Below are positions 54,946 to 64,000 of a stretch of DNA of 64,000 bases, piece after piece. The stretch is from an uncultured Planctomycetota bacterium (GTDB lineage: Bacteria; Planctomycetota; Planctomycetia; Isosphaerales; Isosphaeraceae): positions 672,001 to 736,000 of the forward strand of contig CAWJTV010000041.1 of assembly GCA_963845755.1 (NCBI GenBank), in the 5' to 3' direction. Each line of letters begins with the position of its first letter. Position 1 is the stretch's first letter. The notes under the pieces were generated by a model, which was given only the letters and a program-made list of their open reading frames with translations, was not told the DNA's origin and ran no database searches. A program made the position numbers and the translations under genes.

Positions 54946-56223
54946 TCACCAGATCGTCATGGAATCCAGGAAGAGTTGCTTCAGCTCCGCTTCACTCGCG
55001 GGCCGGGGTGAGAGCTTGGTCACGCGGTGTTGCACGATCGTGCCGGCGACCAGAGCATCGGCATCCTCGGCGCGTACCCCACGGCCTTCAGCCCATTGGG
55101 CATACCGGTTTGCCGCATGATGGCGATGATCGCGCCGGCCAGGATCTCGCCCGCGTCTTCCGGGCGCACTCCGGCAACGTCCGCCCCCAATAGCCGGGCG
55201 GCCTCCAGGTGCCGATCGGGATCGGCCTGCGCGGTGAAGCGGAAGACCGCGGGGGAATTCAGGATCACCGACATCCCATGCGGAATCAGCGGCCGACGGG
55301 TGCGGTACCCTGCCGGGATAAAGTCCCGGACCATCCCCGAGACCGGGTAGGACATGCCGTGGGGCAGGTGCACGCCCGCGTTGCCGAATCCGATGCCCGC
55401 GAAGGTCGCCGCCAGGAGCATCGCGCCGCGTGCCTCGTCATCCGACGGATCCGTCGTCGTCCGGACCAGATACGCGCGCGACCATCTCGATCGCCCGCCT
55501 GGCCCAGATGTCGCTGATCGGGTTGGACCCCTGATATGCCGGCCGATGGGCGGGGCTCTCCGGGGCGGGCCGCTGGGAAAACGGCAAGGCGGTCAGAGAT
55601 TCGACGGCATGGCTCAGGACGTCCAGTCCCGCGCACGCGGCGACCTGCGGGGGCACGCCGCGGGTATTGTTCGGATCGACCACTCCCAGCACCGGCCGCA
55701 GGGCACGGTGAGCGATGCCCGTCTTGGCGTGCAGCGGGGTATAATCGAAGATGGCCACGCCGGTCGTCTCGCTTCCCGTCCCCCCCGTGGTGGGGACCGC
55801 GATGAGCGGTTTCAGTGCCCCCGGGACGGGCCTCCCCTTCCCCACCGGGGGATTGACATAGTCCAGCAGCTCCGCAGGATGGGTCGCGTACAGGTCGGCG
55901 GCCTTGGCCGTATCGATGCTGGAGCCGCCGCCGACGGCCACATAGCCGTCGAAACCGCCTTCGACCGCGAAGGCGATCGCTTCCTGAAACGAGCGGTCAG
56001 TGGGCTCGACCTCAACCCGATCGAACAGTACCGCATCGATCCCCGCCTCCCGCAGCGCATCGAGCACCAGCGAGACGGGCTCGGTTCCGGCCAGGTTCGG
56101 GTCGGTCACGACCATGACCCGCCGCGCCCCCCACCGACCCACGTCGTGCCCGATCTCGCGGGTAACGCCGGGGCCGTATTTGATGCTGGAGGTGTCCATC
56201 GTAAAGGCGGATTCCCTGCGCAT
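54946..56223 (-). CDS. Hydroxyacid-oxoacid transhydrogenase (iron-containing ADH family; frameshifts near 55474 and 55071)
   Basis: SSIKYGPGVTRE, VGGGSSIDTAK, PTTGGTGSETT, DVLSHAVES, RPAYQGSNP, GNAGVHLPHGMSY, PHG. Confidence 0.9.
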
Positions 56224-56697
56224 CGGCGAGACCTCCAATGAGTGGGCTCCGTTCGGGGCGTGGAAGGCCCGACGGGCACATCTCCTCGGCTTCGAAACCC
56301 GTTGCGAATCGACCCAGGATCACCATACCCCGAACGACGGTCCGATGCCATGGGCGTCCTACCACCGGAGCGACCGCTCGTCAATCGCCTCCCGGATTGC
56401 CGCCTGAAGAAGTCTTCGTCGGTTGAAGCCGACATATCTCGAGCTAAACACCAGCGACTCGCGCTGCGCGCAGCCGTCGGCATCGTGCCGGACCTTCCGT
56501 TCGGGGATCCGACGCGGATGCGAGTTTCCCGGCGAATCCGGTGAGCCTCACCTCGATGAATCGAAACTCGACCCACCCTACGACTACGCCCGTCCGGCGA
56601 CCTTGCCGTAGACCCTTCGAGTCGCTTCGTAGCACGGGTTGTATTCGACTTCCAGCGCACCCGCTGTCTGCAAAGGTGGAGTCGCGCTGATCTCCGA

Positions 56698-58197
56698 TCA
56701 ACGTGGCGTCGGGACCGCTTCGATATGGCCCTGCGAGGTCGGAGTCGCGGGCGAGCTCAGGCCATCCATCAGGAGCATCCCACCGATCTCGACCTCCGCC
56801 TTTCGGAGTTCCAGCAGCGATTCGATGTAATCCTCGCTGAGATCGAAATACATGCGCCGGGCCTCCAGCACGCGGGGCCACTCCGTCCGACGCTGGTGGT
56901 AGCTGGCCACGCGCATCTCGTAGGCCCGTCTCGCCATGGGAAGGCTCTCGGCGCGGAAGTCTCCGACCGACTGCGCGGCGTTTTGATAGCGAGTAAAGAC
57001 CTCGGCCAGCCGCTGGCGCAGTAATAGCCGGATCCGTTCATACTCGGCATGATCGCGCGACAGGTCGGACATCGCCTCGCGGATCGTCCCTTGGTTCCGG
57101 TTGAAGAGGGGCAGCGTGAAGCCGATCTGCACGCCCGCGGTCTGGACGCCGAACTCGTAGTTGTAACCGGTCACGCCTTGCACGAGGATATTCGGGATAG
57201 GCTCGACCCGTTCGCGTCGCACCATGATCTGATCGCGACGGATCTCCGACAGGGCCGCCTGGATCTCGGGGCTGCGGTGGAGCAGATCGGCCAGAGTCCC
57301 GTCGAAATCGAGCGGGCCGATCTCGGCCTCCAGCGGCCGAGGATCCAGCGCCGTCGGCCTCAACTCCGGCGCGCCGGCCACGGAGACCAGTTCTTCCCAG
57401 TCGCCCCGGTAGCGGTTCTCCGCATTGCGCACGGCCACGCCCTCGCGACGCTCGCGGACCCGCGCCTCGAGGAGATCCGGCTGGTTAGCCTGGCCGGCGT
57501 TCACCATTTCCCGCGTGGTCCGGACCAGGTCCTCGTCCAGTCGGAACATCTCGCGGTGGATCCCGATGATCCGCTGTGCGGCGAGGACTTCGAAGAACTG
57601 GATGCGGACGTTGTTGAGGACGCGCATCTCCTGCCCGATGGCCTGCCACCGCGCCGCATTGGCCTCCTCGGCAAACTTGGCGCGGCTGAGGCGGAGCTTG
57701 CCCGCGGTCACGATCTGCCACTGGATGAACGGGCCGATATTGTCGCCCGGCGAGGGTTTCCCCTTGACGGCGAATCCGTTGGCGGTGGGCCGGCTCTCCG
57801 TGAACGATCCGATCTGATCCTGCGTGTATCCGATGACCGGATTCGGATAGAGGCCCGCCTGCAACGACCGGTTCATCGTGGCTTCGAACTGGGCCATGGC
57901 CTGCTTCAAGGTCGGATTCCGCTGCATCGCGATCTGCTCGAAATCGGCCAGGCTCATCGCCGGCACGACCGCCGCGGGAGCGGGTGTGGAAGCGGAGGCT
58001 GCGGGGTGAGCATTCATCGCCGGCGATCGCGAGGGCATCGGCGAGCCCGGCATGGGTTGGCTCATCATGCCGGCCGGCATCCCCGATCGAGCCGCTTCAG
58101 CGTGCCCACCCATCTCCTGCCCGCGGGCCGTGGTCGACATGATGGCTGGTATCAGCCATGGCCAGAGGATTCGAAGGCAACATCTCAACCTGAGCAT
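56698..58197 (-). CDS. TolC/CzcC-family outer membrane protein with Met-rich N-terminus
   Basis: Signal peptide, NPTL, AGLYPNP, GKLRL, SPEI, LPLFNRNQG. Confidence 0.88.
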   Translation of the reverse strand: MLRLRCCLRILWPWLIPAIMSTTARGQEMGGHAEAARSGMPAGMMSQPMPGSPMPSRSPAMNAHPAASASTPAPAAVVPAMSLADFEQIAMQRNPTLKQAMAQFEATMNRSLQAGLYPNPVIGYTQDQIGSFTESRPTANGFAVKGKPSPGDNIGPFIQWQIVTAGKLRLSRAKFAEEANAARWQAIGQEMRVLNNVRIQFFEVLAAQRIIGIHREMFRLDEDLVRTTREMVNAGQANQPDLLEARVRERREGVAVRNAENRYRGDWEELVSVAGAPELRPTALDPRPLEAEIGPLDFDGTLADLLHRSPEIQAALSEIRRDQIMVRRERVEPIPNILVQGVTGYNYEFGVQTAGVQIGFTLPLFNRNQGTIREAMSDLSRDHAEYERIRLLLRQRLAEVFTRYQNAAQSVGDFRAESLPMARRAYEMRVASYHQRRTEWPRVLEARRMYFDLSEDYIESLLELRKAEVEIGGMLLMDGLSSPATPTSQGHIEAVPTPR

Positions 58198-58336
58198 GGT
58201 CGGCTCCTGGACCGGCTCGCTTCCTCCACGCCGGCAGACCTCCGATGTTATCGACCGCGCGGCAATCTCCCCTTTTTCCTTTTTTGCGGGAATTGCCCGG
58301 CCTCCGATCTCGACCGATTTCGCCGATTTGTCGATT

Positions 58337-59707
58337 TCAATCGCGATCCTTGCCCATCTTCTTCCGGAGAGGAATAGGCCCGAAAATGCTCGACCCCGGC
58401 GGCAGAGGCTCGTTGCCGGACATGACCTTGTCGTAGAGGTTCGGAGGCAGGACGCGGACGACCGTCGTGAGGCCCTTGACGTGCGACCAGTCCCGGCGCA
58501 TTCCGCGCGACTCGCGTTTGGCCAGGGGCCCGGTGTCATCCTCGGGGACCGACATGCCCATCTCCATGGACATGCCGCCCTCCATGTTCTGGGGGAAGCC
58601 CGGCACGGCCGCGCGGGGATCGTCCAGCGGCACGCGCATCATCGGGCCCGCCATCGAGATCATGTGGTTCATCGTATGATGGAACATGTGGCAGTGCATG
58701 ATCCAGTCGCCGGGGTTGTTCGCGATGAACTCGACGTCGCGCGCCTGGGCCACGCCGATCAGCACGTTATTGCCCGGGATCCAGCCCGATTCCGGGATGC
58801 GGCCCCCCTCGGTCCCCGTGACCCACCAGGTGTGGCCGTGCAGGTGGATCGGGTGATGATTGGCCGTGCTGAAGTTCACCAGCCGGAGCCGGACCCGGTG
58901 TCCCAGTTTGACCACGATCGGCGTGGTCAGCGGTGCGCAGCGGCCGTTGAATGTCAGGAAGTTGAATTCCATCCCCTGGCTGTTGGGGATCGTGGTATTG
59001 GGCAAGATCTGGAATTCCTGCGTGATCAGGCCGAAGTCCTGGTCGACGACCGGCTCGTAGGTCTCCTTGGGATGAATGATGAACAGGCCGACCATGCCCA
59101 TCGCTTCCTGCATGGCGACATGAGCATGGTAGAAGAACGTGCCGTGCTGGTGGAGTGTGAACTCGTAGACGAATGCCTCGCCGGGTGGGATGAAGTCCTG
59201 TACCAGGCCGGGCACGCCGTCCTGGCTGACGGGGATCTCCAGGCTGTGCCAGTGAATCGAGGTGAACTCGGGAAGCCGGTTCTCGACGATGATCCGCACC
59301 CGGTCCCCCTGGTTCACCTCAATCATCGGGCCGGGCATCGTGCCGTTGAAGCCCCAGACGTCCACCTCGAGGTGCGGGAGGAACTCTCGCTTCACGGGCA
59401 TCGCGATGAGATGGAACTCCTTGGCGCCGTCGCGGAACGTCCAGGGGAGCTTGGCCAGGTCGGGTACGTCAACCGACACGGGCGGCAGCCCCGGCTTTCG
59501 CAGGCCGGGGACGAGCTTGCCCCGGTCGGTCGGGCTGCCGACCGGCCCGCCCGGGCCGGGGCGTTCCCGAGGATAATCCGTGTGAGGATTCGGCGCCTGA
59601 GGCGGTTCGGCGGCACGCGCCGGACTGTCGGCTCCGACGGCCCTCAAGCCGGCCGCGACTACCGGACCGGTCCCCAGGAACTCACGACGCGTGCTCGGTT
59701 GGTCCAC
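58337..59707 (-). CDS. Tat-exported two-domain multicopper oxidase
   Basis: TRREFL, HWH, YHAH, HPIHLHGH, HCHMFHH. Met-rich C-terminal region. Confidence 0.9.
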   Translation of the reverse strand: MDQPSTRREFLGTGPVVAAGLRAVGADSPARAAEPPQAPNPHTDYPRERPGPGGPVGSPTDRGKLVPGLRKPGLPPVSVDVPDLAKLPWTFRDGAKEFHLIAMPVKREFLPHLEVDVWGFNGTMPGPMIEVNQGDRVRIIVENRLPEFTSIHWHSLEIPVSQDGVPGLVQDFIPPGEAFVYEFTLHQHGTFFYHAHVAMQEAMGMVGLFIIHPKETYEPVVDQDFGLITQEFQILPNTTIPNSQGMEFNFLTFNGRCAPLTTPIVVKLGHRVRLRLVNFSTANHHPIHLHGHTWWVTGTEGGRIPESGWIPGNNVLIGVAQARDVEFIANNPGDWIMHCHMFHHTMNHMISMAGPMMRVPLDDPRAAVPGFPQNMEGGMSMEMGMSVPEDDTGPLAKRESRGMRRDWSHVKGLTTVVRVLPPNLYDKVMSGNEPLPPGSSIFGPIPLRKKMGKDRD

Positions 59708-59941
59708 GATCGGGCCTCCAGGATTGACTCGGATGCGTTCGAGATCATTGGCCCCATTCCGGAGACCACGACAATTATTCCACACGAGCATGCCGCGGGC
59801 GTGGGATCGTCCATTGGCCCGAGATGCCCCGTCGCCCATCCGCGGATCTCCGACGGAATCCCCAGTGAACTGACCGGAATGCCTGCCATCACCAAGATTA
59901 TCCGATATCCCTGGTATCGGATTCCTGGTGATCCGCACTGG

Positions 59942-60652
59942 ATGCTTGCTCTCCAACGAACGATGAGGGTCACGATGCTGCTGAAAACCGAGTGGGTCGA
60001 GCGGTTTATTGGGGCCTGCGCTAAGGTGCGATTGGCGCGTCGACGGGCCCTGACCGGCGGGCATTTGATCTACTCGACCATTCCCGAGGGGCGATGCTGG
60101 GTGGTGACGACCGGCTACGTCAAGCTGATCGAGCCCCGTGCCGACGGCAATCGCTTCGTCCGGCTGATCCTGGGCCGCGGCGGTCTCTTCGGGGATCGGC
60201 CGTTCGGGGCGGGCGCGTTCCGCGGGTTCGCCTCGCCCCAGCACGAACAGGCCGTCGCCCACGGTCCCGCGGTGGTGCTCGAACTGGATCGCGAGGACCT
60301 CGAGGCTGCGGCGAACGCCCAGGCCGAGGTCGCCACCCTGCTGCTCGAATCGGTGACCACCCGCGCGCAGTTTCTCGAGCGCCGGCTGCTCTGGCAATTC
60401 ACCACACCGATCCGGTCCCGGCTGGCTGCCGCACTTCGGGACCTGATCTGCTACGAGGGCGGGCGCTGCCGGCACGGCCACACGATCGACGTCCGACTGA
60501 GCCACCAGGACCTGGCGGAACTCGTCGGCGCGGCACGCCCGGTGGTTAGCGCCGAACTGGTCCAGATGCGGCGCGAGGGATTGGTCGAGTACACGCGATG
60601 CTACTTCTGCGTGGACGACCTTGCCGGTCTGGACCGCGTCGCCGCCGGGTAG
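59942..60652 (+). CDS. Crp/Fnr-family transcriptional regulator
   Basis: GYVKL, GLFGD, RLAAAL, LSHQDLAELVGAARPVVS HTH. Divergent from the oxidase. Exact start uncertain. Confidence 0.85.
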   Translation: MLALQRTMRVTMLLKTEWVERFIGACAKVRLARRRALTGGHLIYSTIPEGRCWVVTTGYVKLIEPRADGNRFVRLILGRGGLFGDRPFGAGAFRGFASPQHEQAVAHGPAVVLELDREDLEAAANAQAEVATLLLESVTTRAQFLERRLLWQFTTPIRSRLAAALRDLICYEGGRCRHGHTIDVRLSHQDLAELVGAARPVVSAELVQMRREGLVEYTRCYFCVDDLAGLDRVAAG

Positions 60653-60786
60653 GGAGCGCCCGCTGGATACGGGGACTGGACGCCGTGGAGGAACTGCCAC
60701 TCCATTCGGGTTATTGGTTACAGACGGAGTCAACTGGGCTGACGAGTCGTTCACGCTCGGAAGGGATGGTTTTCCGGGCCACCGCC

Positions 60787-63700
60787 TCATGCATTCGTCG
60801 CTCGATTGATGGCGGCCTCGACCTCGTTCCAGAGGGCGAGCCATTCCTCTCGTTCCTCGACGGACAACCATTTCATCGCGCCCGGGATGCGCAGCCCTGC
60901 CAGGTCCGGATCGGCCAGCCAACGAGTTAACCTGAGCCCGACCACAATGCGGTCCCACTCGCGGCTGCTTTCCATCTTCCTGGACCAGGCGGCAAGATCG
61001 CGTTTCAGCCACGCGAGCGCCTGCATCCGCCAGCGCGCTTGCTCCTCCTGGGTGAGACTGCCCGCATCTTCGCCTTGGCCGCGGCCGGCCAGGGAGGCCG
61101 CGCGGGCGGCGTCATAGCGGGTTCCGGCTACGACATCATTGGCAATTTGAGGGTCTACGGCGAAGGCATCGGCGTAGAGGCGGGACAAGGCGTGAGTACG
61201 ATTCGTGTACTGGCAGGCCCCGAGCAGGGCGAGCTGCTCGTCGTGGTCCCGGGGTTGGTACTTCCCGGCCAGGAAGGCCGGCAGGCCCGGCAGAATCATG
61301 CGCTCGGCCTCGCGACGGAGCACGTGCCGGAGCCAGGCGTCCTGGGTTGTCACTGTCTGTGGCCTCCAGTCGTAATACAGGACGGCCCTCGCGAGCGACT
61401 TACGAGCTTCCGCGCTCTGGCCACTCCGATGCAGGGCCATCGCGAGAACGAGTCCGGGGCCTGGACCACCCACCTGGGATGCATCTCCGCGCATGGTGGA
61501 GATCGCCCGATCGAAACGTCCTTGTCGGTATTCCGCAAGACCCTTGACGAACGGGAATAAGGGTTCCACGCGTGGGTAATCTGAGGGTTGAACACCCACA
61601 GCGAGCTCAGCGAGCTCGGCGGCCTGGCGCAGCTCGCCTTCCGGCGCGGGCCCGAGCAAACATGCCAGAGCGGTCCTCTGCGCGACGATCGGGTCGGTAC
61701 TCGCGCCGAACTTCGCGAGCAAGGCCTGCCGGGCGCGGCGGTATTCGTCTTCCTGGCCGAGGAAGAGGCAGAACTCGGCGTACCCGTACCAGACGTCGTG
61801 CCGGGACGGCTTGACCTCGAGAGTCGTCTGCCAGGCGACCCTCGCCTCGTCGCCCCGACCCAGCCGCGTCAGGAGGCTTCGCAGCACGTGTTGCCTTAAC
61901 GGGTTTTCCGGGGCGAGGGCGGCGGCCTTTCGTTCCGGGATGAGCGCCTCGAGGAGCTGGCCCTTCTCGGCCAGATAATGGCCGAGCACGGCGTAGAGAA
62001 TTGAAGCATTGGGGCTGGAGCCGATGGCCACCTGGAGCCGATCGATAGCTTCGTCTTGGCGGCCCAGGTCCCCGAGGGCCTGGGCGAGGCCCATATAGCT
62101 GAAGACGCCCGTCGGCTCGAGGTTCACGGCCTCCAGGAACGGGCCAATGGCCTCCTTCTTCCGCCCGGCCATCGACAGCGCCTGAGCAAGCTTCTCGTAG
62201 CCGAGGGGCATCCGCGGACGAATGGACACCGACGCTTGATAGTAGCGGATCGCCTCCTTCACCCGACCCTCTCGCATCAGCACGTCGCCGAGTGTCAGAT
62301 TGGCCCAGTAATCACCGGGATGCGCCTGCTGGATTCGATTCAGAAAGGGGAGCCGCTCCTTACTGCCGGGGTTTAATTGCTTGTCGAGCGCCAGGAAGAG
62401 CGGCACGGACTGGTCGGCAACCGGGGTGGTCCTGATCAGCTCGACGAGCGCCTTTTCGTGCGCCCGGACGACGGGATCGCGGGCACGATCGCGCCAGCCC
62501 GTCGGATCCCGGTCCGCCTTCCGCGCGACTGCCAGCACCCAATCCTTGTGGCGCGGGTCTTTGGTAAGAGCGGACCAGTGATCCAGCGCAGCCACCAGCG
62601 CGTTGGGGATGTTCGAGGCCCGAACCCGCGCCGCGACCACGTCCGGGGCGTCATCGACTTGCCCGATCCCGGTCTCGCGAAAAGTCTTCTCATACTGTTC
62701 GGAGGTTCGCGCGACCAGGTGTCCCAGGACCGCGCGGGCCACATCCAGGCGGATCTCCTCCAGCCGGTCCACCAACTCCAGGTCGCGGTCGCCCTGGTCG
62801 AGGAGGCGGACCAATTCGGCCGATCCACGGTTGCCCAACCGGCCCTTGGCCCGCTCCATCGCGGCGCGTGCCTCGGGCCATGAAGACTTCTCCAGAAACC
62901 GGGCCATGTCCCGGAGGTCTTCCCCCGCCTCCCGCTCCTTGGCGATCCGCTCGGTTTCAGCCTTTCGTGCGACCGCCGCCCGATCGGAGATCAGCCACAG
63001 TGCGCCGCCGAGCAGGGCAACCGTGAAGAGCGTGCCGACTGCAACCGACGCCGTAAGCACCGGCCGCCTGCGGACCCGCCGCGCCAGCCATGCCAAGCGG
63101 CCATCCGGCCGCGCCGCGATCGCCTCCCCGCCAAGGAAGCGGCGAAGGTCCGCCGCCAGCGCCGCCGCGCCGGCGTAGCGGAGATGCGGCTCCTTGTGCA
63201 GGCATTTGAGGCAGATGGTTTCCAGGTCACGGGGCACCTTACTGTTGAGCCGCGACGGAAGCACCGGATCCTGCGAGATCACCTGTCGGACGGTCTCCGC
63301 CGCCGTCTGCGCCCGGAACGGCGGTCGGCCTGTCAGCAGTTCGTAAAGGATCGCACCCAACGCATAAATATCGACGGCGGGTCCGCACGTAAACGGTCTG
63401 GCTTCGGCTTGCTCGGGGGCCATGTAGCTCGGCGTCCCGACCGTCGTACCGGTCAAGGTGAGGCCCGCCTCACCATCCAGCCGTCGGGCCAGCCCGAAGT
63501 CGCTGATCTTGGGTGTGCCGTCGGCGGTGAGGAGGATGTTCGCCGGCTTCAGGTCGCGATGCACGATCCCGCTCTGGTGGGCCGCCTCGACGGCCTGGGC
63601 CAAAGTCGCCACCAACGTGGCAGCCTGGCGCGACGGCTGGGGCGTGCCCGCCAGTTTCTGGGCCAGGTTGCCCCCCTCGACGAACTCCATGGTGAAGTAG

Positions 63701-63996
63701 GGCTGGCCGTCGTGCTCGCCCATGTCGTGGACCTGAACGATATTCGGATGCCGCAATCCGGCCACCGCCTTGGCTTCCCGCAAGAAGCGTGCTCGAGACT
63801 CCGGACTGGCGTGCGCACCAGTAAGCAGCATCTTGAGGGCGACGGAGCGGTTGAGGCGCACGTGCCGGGCCCTGTAGACGATGCCCATGCCGCCGTGGCC
63901 CAGCACCTCCTGAGCTTCATGACCTGGGATCTGGGGAAGATCGGCTGAGGGCTGCATCGACGATGGGTTGCCGAATGGCGAGTTCGACTCCGACAC
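60787..63996 (-). CDS. Ser/Thr protein kinase with TM and TPR repeats
   Basis: LGHGGMGIVY, VALK, HRDLKPANIL, DFGLA, GTPSYMAPE, DIYALG, TPR-like repeats. Confidence 0.95.
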   Translation of the reverse strand: MSESNSPFGNPSSMQPSADLPQIPGHEAQEVLGHGGMGIVYRARHVRLNRSVALKMLLTGAHASPESRARFLREAKAVAGLRHPNIVQVHDMGEHDGQPYFTMEFVEGGNLAQKLAGTPQPSRQAATLVATLAQAVEAAHQSGIVHRDLKPANILLTADGTPKISDFGLARRLDGEAGLTLTGTTVGTPSYMAPEQAEARPFTCGPAVDIYALGAILYELLTGRPPFRAQTAAETVRQVISQDPVLPSRLNSKVPRDLETICLKCLHKEPHLRYAGAAALAADLRRFLGGEAIAARPDGRLAWLARRVRRRPVLTASVAVGTLFTVALLGGALWLISDRAAVARKAETERIAKEREAGEDLRDMARFLEKSSWPEARAAMERAKGRLGNRGSAELVRLLDQGDRDLELVDRLEEIRLDVARAVLGHLVARTSEQYEKTFRETGIGQVDDAPDVVAARVRASNIPNALVAALDHWSALTKDPRHKDWVLAVARKADRDPTGWRDRARDPVVRAHEKALVELIRTTPVADQSVPLFLALDKQLNPGSKERLPFLNRIQQAHPGDYWANLTLGDVLMREGRVKEAIRYYQASVSIRPRMPLGYEKLAQALSMAGRKKEAIGPFLEAVNLEPTGVFSYMGLAQALGDLGRQDEAIDRLQVAIGSSPNASILYAVLGHYLAEKGQLLEALIPERKAAALAPENPLRQHVLRSLLTRLGRGDEARVAWQTTLEVKPSRHDVWYGYAEFCLFLGQEDEYRRARQALLAKFGASTDPIVAQRTALACLLGPAPEGELRQAAELAELAVGVQPSDYPRVEPLFPFVKGLAEYRQGRFDRAISTMRGDASQVGGPGPGLVLAMALHRSGQSAEARKSLARAVLYYDWRPQTVTTQDAWLRHVLRREAERMILPGLPAFLAGKYQPRDHDEQLALLGACQYTNRTHALSRLYADAFAVDPQIANDVVAGTRYDAARAASLAGRGQGEDAGSLTQEEQARWRMQALAWLKRDLAAWSRKMESSREWDRIVVGLRLTRWLADPDLAGLRIPGAMKWLSVEEREEWLALWNEVEAAINRATNA

Positions 63997-64000
63997 CGGG

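Noticed and set aside
1..64000. Mass pseudogenisation or programmed frameshifting
   Set aside because: Indels hit housekeeping genes, lack slippery sites and cluster at one motif, which fits sequencing error better.

Overview
GC-rich bacterial chromosomal window, most likely Planctomycetota (Isosphaeraceae-like). Support for this: LEPR-xLL leader peptides, an ECF sigma factor with a long C-terminal extension, a Ser/Thr kinase-TPR protein, sulfatase/DUF1080/ThuA genes and planctomycete-style palindromic repeats. It holds about 48 genes: two-component/c-di-GMP signalling, a lipid-modification cluster, lpxB, a STAND-type ATPase, a suf Fe-S operon with no sufS but with a rhodanese-SufE pair and three cargo genes between sufB and sufD, purB, rpsU, AsmA, ECF plus PrsW, glpX, a hydroxyacid-oxoacid transhydrogenase and a TolC/multicopper oxidase/Crp copper module. 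About 30 one- or two-base frameshifts break conserved genes, and nearly all lie at or beside GCGC. This suggests a long-read assembly artefact caused by a DNA modification at that motif. I also found a hidden HicA-like gene and an HTH-S24 regulator that each carry an in-frame stop, several REP/MITE-like palindromes, heptamer-repeat hairpins, a candidate SufR operator and a candidate sigma-54 promoter. I recognised no rRNA, tRNA, CRISPR array or transposase. All family calls come from motif recognition by eye, not database searches.
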